DNA of 38,225 bases from a virus. Taxonomy: Duplodnaviria; Caudoviricetes. Position 1 is the first letter of the stretch; each line of letters starts with the position of its first letter. The DNA is taken from positions 1-38,225 of the IMG/VR virus record IMGVR_UViG_3300033407_000063. One strand, 5' to 3'. The notes beneath the pieces are model-generated. The model ran no database searches. It was not told the origin of the DNA and saw only the letters and a program-made list of their open reading frames with translations. The position numbers and the translations under genes are program-made. Of this stretch, positions 19,716-28,018 are shown one piece after another.

Positions 19716-21968
19716 TCACTGAACGCTTGGCGAGCTGGGTTGACTGCCGGCCTTCTTGCCGCCGCTGTCCGGCGGTTTGCCGCCGGCCGGCTGCTGGCCC
19801 TTGCCCGAGAGCACGGTCGCGCCCGCCTTGGCGACCTCTCCCAGGATCCGTTCGCGTGTCCGGAGGCTCGACTTGAGGAGCTCGCCCCGCGCCTGCATGC
19901 CGAAGAGGTCTTCGCGCTGCTTGGTCTCGGTGGCCTCTTCCTGCTGCTGGAACTCGGCGAGCTTCGCATCGAGCTGTTCCTTCCACGCCATCACGCGGGC
20001 GACCGTCTCCTGGTCCATGTCGAAGACATCGACATTGATGAGCCGCTCGAGTAGCGCCCCCTTGAGGGCCGCCACCAGAGGCTGCTCCGCCCACGGAGGG
20101 ATAGTAACATCCTCGCCCTCCTCGACAACACGCGCGGTCGTTTCCTGGAGGAAGGCGTTGAGCTGTTCGTCGGGTGGATCGATGTCCAGAAGGTCGGGCA
20201 TCCGGATCCACTCGAGAAGCTTGCGGCGCACGACCGGCGCATCCGCGAAGGCGCCAAAGAAGCCCGTGTTCGCGAGCTTCTCGACCTGCTCGATCCGCGC
20301 GCTCGGCATGACCGAGAACATGGACGACTCCTGGACCCACACCTTCGAGCGGCCGGGGAGGTCGGCGCGCCGAAAGGACCGCAGCTCGGGGCGGTTCGCG
20401 CGGCCGACGACCGCGAGCAGCCGCTCGTCGGAGTCGTACTTGGCGTGGAGATCCGCCAGCGTCCCGCCGAGCGCCTCCCACGCGAGCGCGTGAGTCGCCA
20501 GGATCGGCCCCATCTCCTGGGCGTCGGCGTCCTGCATGAGCTGGACGTACTTGGCCGCCGGGACGCCCGGCACCGGCTCGCCGCGGCTGAACGGCGACTG
20601 CGACGCGATCGAGCTCAGATCGGTCACGGTGCGGTCCATGAGCGTGAAGATGGCGTTCGAGGGCGCCGGCGGCGTCCAGAAGATGGGGGGCCCGACTTGC
20701 GGGTTGAACTCGTAGCGGCGGAAGTTGAAGGCGATGTCCTGCGGGATGCCGCTATTGCGGGGCACGAGCACGTTCGGGTTCGCAAAGAGCCCCATCCACG
20801 TGTAGCCGTGGCTCAGGCCCTGGTTGTAGCGGGTCTGCGGGTCGATGAGGTCGGTCAGGAAGGCGTGCGGGAAGAACTGCCCGCGGCGCGGCTTCCAGGG
20901 GAACGCGAACAGCTGGTAGCGCCCGTCGTCGAGTTGGGCGCGCGTCTGCTTGAGGAGCTTCCTGCCAACGACCCAGTACACCTTGCCGTGCTCGAAGCCT
21001 CTGACATCGGTCGCCCGCTCGTGGTAGCGGATGACCAGCTGCTGGCCCGAGCGGATGCGCGGGTGCACGCCGCGCGTTGTCGCGAACCGCTGGAAAAAGC
21101 TCGTGACCGGCTCGACGGTCTCGATCTCCGGGTCCGGGGGGCCGAACTTGAAGTCCTTGGGGAGATCCAGCATCGCCCGGATCTGCTCCTCGCCCATCCA
21201 GTCGGTCGTGATGACGTAGGGGCAGTCCTCGAGCACAGGCTGCTCGACGGAAGGCGGCACGAAGACCGAGAAGGGCGAGCGGACGCGTCCGTAGAAGGCT
21301 CCCTCCCAGCGGTAGCCGCGCACGACCGGCTCATTGCCGTCGAACCGCCGCACGGGCGTCCCCATCTGGTCGCGGACGACTTCGCCAGACGGCGTGCGCT
21401 CGTACTCGTAGTCGATGACGAGGTTCCCGCCGCGCGGGTTGTAGCCGACCTCGATGAAGCCGATGCCGATGGCCAAACAGTCGATGATCGCCATGAAGCG
21501 CGCGGGCCCGAGCTTGAGCTCGCGCCAGTCGTGAAGGAGGATCCGCTCGGTCGCCTTGGCCCCGCGCCGCCGGTCGAGGTCGCGGTTCTCCGGCATGGCC
21601 GTGAAGCCCGGGCGTCCCTGCACGAGCTTGGCGGCCTGGTGGAAGAGCATCGCGCTCAGGCGGTTCGAGACGCGGTCGCGGTCGCGCGCGGGCGACTTCC
21701 GGAGGTAGCGCCGGCCGCCCTCGTTCCAGCGGATGTTCTGCTCGCCCTCGAGGTACAGCAGATTCCGGATCCAGACCTTCGAGCGGTCGATCCAGGTCTC
21801 GTGAGTGCAGATGCGCAGGCGCTCTGAGACCTCGAGGGCTATCCGGTCGGGCTCGAGCGGTCCGTCGCGGCGGACGACATCCGAGATGGGGATCGCGGCA
21901 TCCGCGTGAAGCCCGCCCCGGTGTTGGGCGTGCGTCGTGTCGAGCTGCAGAGCGGCGGCGGAGGCCAT
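19716..21968 (-). CDS. Portal protein (P22-like)
   Basis: 750 aa downstream of the terminase; GIGFIEVGYNP, VRSPFSVFV, LIDPQTRYN and C-terminal coiled-coil barrel. Confidence 0.85.
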   Translation of the reverse strand: MASAAALQLDTTHAQHRGGLHADAAIPISDVVRRDGPLEPDRIALEVSERLRICTHETWIDRSKVWIRNLLYLEGEQNIRWNEGGRRYLRKSPARDRDRVSNRLSAMLFHQAAKLVQGRPGFTAMPENRDLDRRRGAKATERILLHDWRELKLGPARFMAIIDCLAIGIGFIEVGYNPRGGNLVIDYEYERTPSGEVVRDQMGTPVRRFDGNEPVVRGYRWEGAFYGRVRSPFSVFVPPSVEQPVLEDCPYVITTDWMGEEQIRAMLDLPKDFKFGPPDPEIETVEPVTSFFQRFATTRGVHPRIRSGQQLVIRYHERATDVRGFEHGKVYWVVGRKLLKQTRAQLDDGRYQLFAFPWKPRRGQFFPHAFLTDLIDPQTRYNQGLSHGYTWMGLFANPNVLVPRNSGIPQDIAFNFRRYEFNPQVGPPIFWTPPAPSNAIFTLMDRTVTDLSSIASQSPFSRGEPVPGVPAAKYVQLMQDADAQEMGPILATHALAWEALGGTLADLHAKYDSDERLLAVVGRANRPELRSFRRADLPGRSKVWVQESSMFSVMPSARIEQVEKLANTGFFGAFADAPVVRRKLLEWIRMPDLLDIDPPDEQLNAFLQETTARVVEEGEDVTIPPWAEQPLVAALKGALLERLINVDVFDMDQETVARVMAWKEQLDAKLAEFQQQEEATETKQREDLFGMQARGELLKSSLRTRERILGEVAKAGATVLSGKGQQPAGGKPPDSGGKKAGSQPSSPSVQ

Positions 21969-21974
21969 GCTGGG

Positions 21975-22454
21975 CTACCTCGCTGAGATTGTATCCTCAT
22001 CGACGGGCTCAGGCGTCAAGGAGCTGCCGACGGTCGCCCCCTGCTGGTAGCCGTCGGGCACGTTTTGCATGCGGGCTGCGAGCTCGGCGTAGGCGCGCTC
22101 CTGGGCGAGCATCCTGTGGTACTCGGCCAGGTCCTGCATGGCTCCCTGCTCGTTCGAGGCCTCCTCGAGCGAGGCGCCCTGGGTTCGCTGCTCCTGAACC
22201 TGCTGGGCCTTCATCTCGTTGTAGACGTCCCAGCTGTGCCCACCTGGGGTGAAGGTCTTCGGGTCGACGAAGTGGGGCGCCAGCCCCTTCAGGAGCACAA
22301 CCTTCTCGAGGATGTTGCGCATGTCGACCGATTCACGATGGCTCAGGCGCTCGACGGCCTCGATGGAGCGGCGCGCTGTCTGCCCCTGCTCGCGGAGGAC
22401 GACCAGAACCAGCAGGAAGACGCACAGGATGGCGAAGACCTCAGTAGTAGCCAA
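21975..22454 (-). CDS. Hypothetical membrane-anchored protein between TerL and portal
   Basis: TTG start at 22454 after GGAGGT; N-terminal hydrophobic helix VFAILCVFLLVLVVL. Confidence 0.6.
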   Translation of the reverse strand: MATTEVFAILCVFLLVLVVLREQGQTARRSIEAVERLSHRESVDMRNILEKVVLLKGLAPHFVDPKTFTPGGHSWDVYNEMKAQQVQEQRTQGASLEEASNEQGAMQDLAEYHRMLAQERAYAELAARMQNVPDGYQQGATVGSSLTPEPVDEDTISAR

Positions 22455-23577
22455 CGTCGATGACCTCCTCCTCGTAGGGCATGCACTCGGCCGGATCGAA
22501 CTCGCTCGCGACCAGCGTGTCCTCATCGTCGCCGACCGTCGACCGGTAGCTTTGGTAGGCCGCGGCGCGCTGCCGGATCTTCTCGAGGATCTCCGAAGTG
22601 TCGAGCATCGCATCCGGAAGGTGTGCGAGCTCGCGCTGGCGCGTCTCGGCCGCCGGCGCCATGAACTGCGTCCGCATGATGGCGTAGCGCAGGGCGTCCG
22701 GAGCGTGGTCCTCGACCTTCTCGTCACGCTCGGGCTCCTCCAGGTCCTCGCGGGTCTTGAGGGCCTTGGTCACGAGCGGCAGGGTGCGCACGAGATTTGG
22801 CGCGCGCCCGTCGAGGATGAAGAGCAGCGGCCAGGCATCCGAGACCTCGTCGCAGCGCCGGCAGCGGCCGCGGTTGTGCTGGCCGAAGGGGTACTGCCGC
22901 TCGCCGCAGTGCACGAAGCTCGGCGAGAACGCCTCGTTCACGCGCGAGGCACCCTGGCGCCGGTCGTTCAACTTGAACTGGGTCTTGAAGCCCTTCGTCC
23001 GCACCGGGACCGGCCACGGGTCCTCGGCGTACATGGAGGCGAACATCGGGGCCGACGGGTCGCCGACCGCGTCTTCGAGCACCTCACCCAAGGTCGTCGC
23101 ATTGAGCTCGTGGCCGACGATGGCCTCGAGCTTGCGGTAGATGAGCTGGCAGACGACTCGGGGCTTGGCGTTCGGCAGGTAGATCTCGTCGACCACGAAG
23201 ACGGCCTGGGTCGCCGGGTTCTGGGCGCAAATGATGACGGCCGTTGGCGCCGTCTGCCCAAAGTCGATGCCGAGGAACTTCGGCCAGTCCCTCGGGATCG
23301 AGAAGGGCTTGATGACGTTTCGGCGCGGCTCGAACGCCCAGTACGTGCGCGCGCGCTCGTCGATCAGGAAGTCGATCTCGAACTCCTGCTGCCACTCGAT
23401 CGAGGCACGCCCGCCCGCGTAGAGGCGGGACTCGCGGTCCGCCCAGGCGCCGCGTTTGGCCGGGTCCGCCGAGTAGTGGAAGACGGCCACGACCCCCCCG
23501 TTCTCGGGGTTGCGGTAGAGGGCGACGCCCTGGCAGGGCTGGCGGATGGGGACCAAGCTCGAGCGCTCGGGGATCAT
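22441..23577 (-). CDS. terL: Terminase large subunit, nuclease (RNase H-like) half
   Basis: WQQEFEIDF, FLGIDFGQTAPTA, VVDEIY, VGDPS and EDHAPDALRYA motifs. Confidence 0.85.
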   Translation of the reverse strand: MIPERSSLVPIRQPCQGVALYRNPENGGVVAVFHYSADPAKRGAWADRESRLYAGGRASIEWQQEFEIDFLIDERARTYWAFEPRRNVIKPFSIPRDWPKFLGIDFGQTAPTAVIICAQNPATQAVFVVDEIYLPNAKPRVVCQLIYRKLEAIVGHELNATTLGEVLEDAVGDPSAPMFASMYAEDPWPVPVRTKGFKTQFKLNDRRQGASRVNEAFSPSFVHCGERQYPFGQHNRGRCRRCDEVSDAWPLLFILDGRAPNLVRTLPLVTKALKTREDLEEPERDEKVEDHAPDALRYAIMRTQFMAPAAETRQRELAHLPDAMLDTSEILEKIRQRAAAYQSYRSTVGDDEDTLVASEFDPAECMPYEEEVIDVGYY

Positions 23578-24407
23578 GCCGCGGGCCTCGCGTAGCTGCC
23601 GGCGAAGGGGCCCAGCTCACCGCGCGCGTACTGGACAGCCTCGATGAGCTCGCCGCCCAGGAGCTCCTCGAAGTAGCTGCCCTTCGAGGCCGAGCTCACG
23701 AGAACGACCTGGCCGGCATGGCCGCGGCGCCCGCCGATGGTCGGCACCGCCGCCTTCCACCACTGGCGGAAGAGCCTTTGAAAGGCCACCTCGTCGCCGA
23801 AGATGCCCGAGTGCGTGAACTGCCTGAGCTGGTCGGCGCCCTGCGGGTAGACGGTTAGCCAGCTGTTCCAGGGCTGGCCGCGGAAGTGCGTGATGTGGAA
23901 GGTACCCTTCACCGCGGCGACCGAGTACTGGCTGGTCAACCAGCGTGGGAGGTAGTTCCAGAGCACGTTCTTGATCCGATCCTCGATGTGGGCGATGCCG
24001 TCCTGGGCCTTCTTCGGAACAAGGGCCCACTTCTGATAGGGGTACTTCATGAGCCGCCACAGGATGCAGATGAACGTGATCCACGTGATGAGGATCTGGC
24101 GGCTCTTGGGCACCATGAGGAGCCTCTCCCGGACGAAGAGGTAGATGAAGATCCGGAGGTACTGCAGCTCGTCGAGCGGCAGCGGCTTGATGGGCGTCTG
24201 CGGGTCCTTCTCATCGACCGTGCGCACGACCTCGCGCGCGAACGCCTCGATGGCTGGTACCTCCATGGCGAGCCGCTCGTCCTGGTTCGCCCAGGCCTCG
24301 GGCGGAAAGTAGCGCGCCATCGCCGCGCGCTGGCCGGCGAGCGCCAGACGGTCGTCGATGTCGACGGGGCGCGCTGGGTGCGCGATAGGTACCCGCCGCG
24401 CCTTCAC
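23574..24407 (-). CDS. terL: Terminase large subunit, ATPase half
   Basis: Walker A-like VPKSRQILITW, Walker B GIFGDEVAF and coupling motif VLVSSA. Confidence 0.85.
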   Translation of the reverse strand: MKARRVPIAHPARPVDIDDRLALAGQRAAMARYFPPEAWANQDERLAMEVPAIEAFAREVVRTVDEKDPQTPIKPLPLDELQYLRIFIYLFVRERLLMVPKSRQILITWITFICILWRLMKYPYQKWALVPKKAQDGIAHIEDRIKNVLWNYLPRWLTSQYSVAAVKGTFHITHFRGQPWNSWLTVYPQGADQLRQFTHSGIFGDEVAFQRLFRQWWKAAVPTIGGRRGHAGQVVLVSSASKGSYFEELLGGELIEAVQYARGELGPFAGSYARPAA

Positions 24408-24817
24408 AGCTCGCCCAGCTGGGCCAGGTCGACGGCCTTGACCGCGTGCTGGGGCCGCGCGAACGCGCGCTCGAAGGCCTGCCGGCTGGCGGGCTCGCCG
24501 AACTGCCGCAGGAGCTCGACGAGGCTGTCGATGCTCGACCCGGTTGGCCGCTCCTTGGCGGGCTTGCGCGGGTTGGCGCGCTTGTCGGCCCGCAGATCCA
24601 TGAGCGTCGCGTTGAGAGCCTTGAAGGCCGCCACCTTCGCGGCGGGTGCCGAGTCCGGGTTCGTCACGATGGCCCGCACGTGGGCCATGGCGACCCGGTG
24701 GGCGTCGGCCAGGTCGCGCTCGAGGATGTCCTCGGCCTGGATGGTCTTGGGGTCCACGTTGCCCAACCGCTGGGTCTGGGCGTGGTCCTCGGGGCTAAGG
24801 CGCTTCGGTCGTGGCAT
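24404..24817 (-). CDS. Probable terminase small subunit
   Basis: 137 aa, MPRPK start, helical; GTGA-coupled to the TerL ATPase gene. Confidence 0.6.
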   Translation of the reverse strand: MPRPKRLSPEDHAQTQRLGNVDPKTIQAEDILERDLADAHRVAMAHVRAIVTNPDSAPAAKVAAFKALNATLMDLRADKRANPRKPAKERPTGSSIDSLVELLRQFGEPASRQAFERAFARPQHAVKAVDLAQLGEL

Positions 24818-24826
24818 TGCGTTGCT

Positions 24827-24847
24827 TATAATATCAGCTGTAGCTGA
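24827..24847. promoter_or_regulatory. Overlapping divergent -10 elements plus palindromic operator
   Basis: TATAAT on + (24827-24832), TGaTATTAT on - (24836-24828) and palindrome TCAGCT-GT-AGCTGA (24834-24847), in an AT-rich patch between divergent genes. Confidence 0.6.
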
Positions 24848-24906
24848 CCTTACTACCTCCTCTCGTCGGCCGGCGCCTCACCTCGCCGGCCACTTTTTCG
24901 AGTGCG

Positions 24907-25419
24907 GTGGACTTTCTCGAGCAGACCCTCATGGGCACCGGCCACAGGCGCCGGCCCTTCGTCCGCGTCATCGCGGCCATCGTCGACCTCCTCATCTACC
25001 AGGACTCAGAGCACGAGGCCGTCCGCGTCCAGACACGCGCTCTCCTGTCGCTCGTCCTGCGCGAGACGTCGGACATCCGCCGCATGGCCAACGAGGCCGC
25101 CAAGGCCCGCGGCAAGCGCGCCCGCCCCGACGACGAGATAGCTCTCGAGCGCGCGGCCGATTTCCTCGGGGTGCCGCGCAAGAAGCTCGACGGCGCCTTC
25201 GACCGCATCGACTACGCGACCGCGCGCCGCTGGATCGGTAAGCTCAGGCGAACCCGCCAGGAGCGCCGCAAGGTCGGGATGGCCGGCCGGCTCGCCAAGA
25301 AGCGGTTGTCAAACCCCGATCGCGATGTTACGTTACGGGCAAGGAGGATGCCCAATGCTCCAAGCCATCAACAACCTGGAGAAGGTGTGCAGCGCGAAGT
25401 ACTCCCTGATGAAGTGTGA
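24907..25419 (+). CDS. Hypothetical basic protein, possible HTH regulator
   Basis: 170 aa; IALERAADFLGVPRKKL resembles a helix-turn-helix; divergent from terS. Confidence 0.5.
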   Translation: MDFLEQTLMGTGHRRRPFVRVIAAIVDLLIYQDSEHEAVRVQTRALLSLVLRETSDIRRMANEAAKARGKRARPDDEIALERAADFLGVPRKKLDGAFDRIDYATARRWIGKLRRTRQERRKVGMAGRLAKKRLSNPDRDVTLRARRMPNAPSHQQPGEGVQREVLPDEV

Positions 25420-25921
25420 GCGCCCGCTTAGGGCCCTCATCCTCACCCACCAGGGCGACGTCTTCGGCTACTGCAACGCCCACTTCGAGCTACTGAAGCG
25501 CGCGATCGTGAAGCGCGGCTACACGATCCACTCCTACCTGCAGAAGGACGTCGACATCACGCCCTTCGTGCCGACGGGTCCAAAAAAGCCCGAGGACACG
25601 GCCGCCGAGGCCGACCGCAACCTGCGGCAGGCCATCGAGCTCACGAATGCGGTGGGGGATCAGAACCTTCGGCTGATTGAGGCTGTGGAGACGTATCGCT
25701 GGGTGATGGGTCAGTTGATCGAGGAGTTTGCTCTGGAGAAGCTGACTCCTGATCAGCCGTGCCAGGTCCTGGCGGAGGTGGTTGGTCGGTCGCGGATGCT
25801 CCTTGCGGAGCGTCTGGCGGAACGAGAGGAGCTGGTAGCTCTTCATCGGGAGCTTCAGGAGACTCGTGAGCGGGCGGCTCTTCACGAGGCGACGGCGAAC
25901 GAGCTTCGGCAGCTCGGTTGA
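25355..25921 (+). CDS. Hypothetical protein (Cys/His N-terminus, coiled-coil C-terminus)
   Basis: ATG 25355 after AAGGAGGATGCC; C..C..C..H residues, then a coiled coil. Confidence 0.65.
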   Translation: MLQAINNLEKVCSAKYSLMKCERPLRALILTHQGDVFGYCNAHFELLKRAIVKRGYTIHSYLQKDVDITPFVPTGPKKPEDTAAEADRNLRQAIELTNAVGDQNLRLIEAVETYRWVMGQLIEEFALEKLTPDQPCQVLAEVVGRSRMLLAERLAEREELVALHRELQETRERAALHEATANELRQLG

Positions 25922-26156
25922 GCGCCGGGTTGTAGACGAGGCCGGCACGCGCCTGCAAGACCTCGACGCGGTGGGTCTGCAGCTCGAGCGCTAGGATTTT
26001 CGCCGAGATGGTATTCGCCAGCATCTCGCCCCAAGCGGGCCACCTCTCGAGTTTGGTGAGGTCTTCACCGAGCGCCTCGGCGACGAGCGTCAGCGCGCGG
26101 TGGTAGACGGCGCATTTCTTGCGGCAGCGGACAAGCGGTGACGGGCTCTTGCTCAT
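25641..26156 (-). CDS. Hypothetical protein with acidic Pro-rich tail
   Basis: TGATG-coupled to the upstream 68-aa gene; its 3' 281 nt overlap the + strand gene. Confidence 0.45.
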   Translation of the reverse strand: MSKSPSPLVRCRKKCAVYHRALTLVAEALGEDLTKLERWPAWGEMLANTISAKILALELQTHRVEVLQARAGLVYNPALNRAAEARSPSPREEPPAHESPEAPDEELPAPLVPPDAPQGASATDQPPPPGPGTADQESASPEQTPRSTDPSPSDTSPQPQSAEGSDPPPHS

Positions 26157-26362
26157 CAGGCCGAGGGCGCCGGCACCACCAGGTGGGCGGGCCCGATCTT
26201 GAAGCTCTTGACGGCCGGAATCGCCAACCAGATCCAGGTCTCGCCCTGCATCGTCAACCGGATGAAGTGGTCGTCGACGGCGTAGTCCTTGATGCCGCGG
26301 ATCGTGTGGGTCTCACCGTCCGTGTAGGCGACGTGGGCGTTCAGGTTGAGGTCCACGGTCAC
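26156..26362 (-). CDS. Small hypothetical beta-rich protein
   Basis: 68 aa, GTGA-coupled to the Acb2-like gene, GGAG RBS. Confidence 0.6.
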   Translation of the reverse strand: MTVDLNLNAHVAYTDGETHTIRGIKDYAVDDHFIRLTMQGETWIWLAIPAVKSFKIGPAHLVVPAPSA

Positions 26363-26718
26363 GCCGTCTCGCCGGTCTTGAGCGCGTGGTGCGGGCCCGA
26401 GTGACCCTTGAGAAGCCCGCAGACCTGGGGCGCGTCACCGTGGCTCCAGGCGTGCCCACAGAGCGGGCTCTCGTGCGCTTGAGCAACCGTGTTCGTCGGC
26501 CCGCCGTCTCGCGCAATGCTCGAGACGGCGTGCATGACCGCGGACTCGAGCGAGCGGATGGCAAGCGTCTGCTCGGCCGAAGACGGCGTGACCTCGAGCA
26601 GGTAGCGAGCGAGGTCGTAAGCCTTGCGCTGGATCGTGTCGTAGAGCTCCGACTGAGCGTCGGTCGGCGGGCGATAGCTGAAAAGCCGCGCGAGGTCGGC
26701 GTGGGTGAATCCTGGCAT
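26359..26718 (-). CDS. Acb2/Tad1-like helical hairpin protein (putative cyclic-nucleotide sponge)
   Basis: ATG 26718 after GAGGAGGA; FSYRPP..Q...Y..I...A..LA......P.S.EQTLAIRSLESAVMHA..SIAR pattern; has its own promoter. Confidence 0.6.
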   Translation of the reverse strand: MPGFTHADLARLFSYRPPTDAQSELYDTIQRKAYDLARYLLEVTPSSAEQTLAIRSLESAVMHAVSSIARDGGPTNTVAQAHESPLCGHAWSHGDAPQVCGLLKGHSGPHHALKTGETA

Positions 26719-26740
26719 GACCGTATCCTCCTCGGCGGGG

Positions 26741-26769
26741 AGGCTACTCAATCACGCCGGCCCTGTCAA
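26741..26769 (-). promoter_or_regulatory. Sigma70-type promoter for the Acb2-like operon
   Basis: TTGACA (26769-26764), 17-nt spacer, TAGCCT (26746-26741). Confidence 0.65.
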
Positions 26770-27068
26770 CCCTCGGCCCCGTAGAGCGCCTTGCCCTCGA
26801 GCCACATGTCGAGCGAGCCGGCCGTCGTCACGACGACCCAGACCGAGGTCCGAAACGGCAGGTCATCGGGCTGGAAGCGCAGCTCGCGGATGCCGTTGCC
26901 CGGCCACTCCCACGCGAGCAGGAGCGGCGCCGACGCGTTGGGGCCGTCGTGGAAGGCGGCGCGCGTCGCCCCGACATGCGTGAAGGACAGCCCCCTGAGG
27001 TTGAAGGGGGTGGCGACCGCCAAGCCCGTCTCGGTCACGTGGACAGCATGGAGCTGCGTCGTGCCCAC
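26766..27068 (-). CDS. Beta-rich ~100-aa protein, paralog B (possible virion decoration protein)
   Basis: GTG 27068 (MGTTQLH); shares QLH, (Y/H)DG, PLL.A.E and DDLPF(K/R)T with the upstream gene. Confidence 0.6.
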   Translation of the reverse strand: MGTTQLHAVHVTETGLAVATPFNLRGLSFTHVGATRAAFHDGPNASAPLLLAWEWPGNGIRELRFQPDDLPFRTSVWVVVTTAGSLDMWLEGKALYGAEG

Positions 27069-27073
27069 GGCCG

Positions 27074-27379
27074 CTACTTCGAGTACAGAAACACCTCGGC
27101 CGCGCCCGAGGCGATCTTGACGTAGCAGGCGGTCTTGAACGGCAGGTCGTCCTCCGACCACTTCGGGTTTGCCGTCGCCAAGCCCGAGAACTCGGCCGCG
27201 AAGAGCAGCGGGTCCGTATCAGCCGTGCCGTCGTAGAGCTCGACGCGCGCGCCGCCAGCGGCCGTGATGATCGTCGCCTTGCGGAGCGAGATGGGCTTAT
27301 CGAATGCGACCGCGGTGTACGGGTCGATGGGATGGCCGTCCGAGTCCGCGAAGTAGGTGTGCAGCTGGACGGCCATCAC
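27074..27379 (-). CDS. Beta-rich ~100-aa protein, paralog A
   Basis: 101-aa ORF, paralogous to 26766-27068. Confidence 0.65.
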   Translation of the reverse strand: MMAVQLHTYFADSDGHPIDPYTAVAFDKPISLRKATIITAAGGARVELYDGTADTDPLLFAAEFSGLATANPKWSEDDLPFKTACYVKIASGAAEVFLYSK

Positions 27380-27589
27380 TCACCCGGTGCCAAGCGCCCG
27401 CGAGACTACGCCACGTCCACCCCTCGTGCTGTGGACACGCTCCTTCGACTCCCGGTAGCTGCCCGTCTCGACGTACGCCCGTAGGAGCTCGTTCGAAAGC
27501 TCCGGGTGAGCCGCCAGCTGCCGCGCTACCTCGACCTCGAGAGCCACGGAAGCATCGAAGCGTGAAGGCCGGCGACGACGTCCCTTCAC
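27380..27589 (-). CDS. Small hypothetical protein
   Basis: 69-aa ORF that exactly fills the gap in the minus-strand operon. Confidence 0.45.
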   Translation of the reverse strand: MKGRRRRPSRFDASVALEVEVARQLAAHPELSNELLRAYVETGSYRESKERVHSTRGGRGVVSRALGTG

Positions 27590-27592
27590 GGC

Positions 27593-27982
27593 TCAGATCC
27601 CCAGCCGCGCGACTTCGTCTAGCACCGTGTCGCGCTTGATCCGGGTCTGCGTCTGCCCCCGCGGCAACCGCGACACGAACCGGTTCATGAAACGCTCGCA
27701 ACCAGCCGCCGCCCGCGCATCCCCGGCCGAATCCGGGTCGCTGTCGGTCGTCGCCAGGGCGTCCGCCAGGATGGCCAAGGAAGCCTGCAGACTCGGCCTC
27801 GACCGGTCCCCAACCCGTAGGTGCGTCGCAAAATCCCGCAGGTCCCTACGGAAGGCCAGCGACTGGTAAACCCCATCACCATCCCAATCGGCGTACACGA
27901 GCTCGACCTGGTGCTGGTCCAGGCGGAAGTGCGACTCCCCCGGCACCGAGTACAGCACGTATTCCGGAGCTTGAGCCGCCAT
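27593..27982 (-). CDS. Hypothetical protein, probably leaderless
   Basis: ATG 27982 lies 7 nt after a -10 element (MAAQAPEYVL...). Confidence 0.6.
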   Translation of the reverse strand: MAAQAPEYVLYSVPGESHFRLDQHQVELVYADWDGDGVYQSLAFRRDLRDFATHLRVGDRSRPSLQASLAILADALATTDSDPDSAGDARAAAGCERFMNRFVSRLPRGQTQTRIKRDTVLDEVARLGI

Positions 27983-27989
27983 AACCCAG

Positions 27990-28018
27990 AACCTAACACC
28001 CCCCAACCCCCCTGTCAA
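27990..28018 (-). promoter_or_regulatory. Sigma70-type leftward promoter
   Basis: TTGACA (28018-28013), 17-nt spacer, TAGGTT (27995-27990) with an extended TGn. Confidence 0.7.

Noticed and set aside
17046-20054. 1002-aa plus-strand ORF, and similar long + ORFs across 2-24 kb
   Set aside because: Antisense to capsid, scaffold and portal genes; typical high-GC shadow ORFs.
23560-23600. Intron or intein interrupting terL
   Set aside because: There is no intervening sequence; the two halves overlap by 4 nt.
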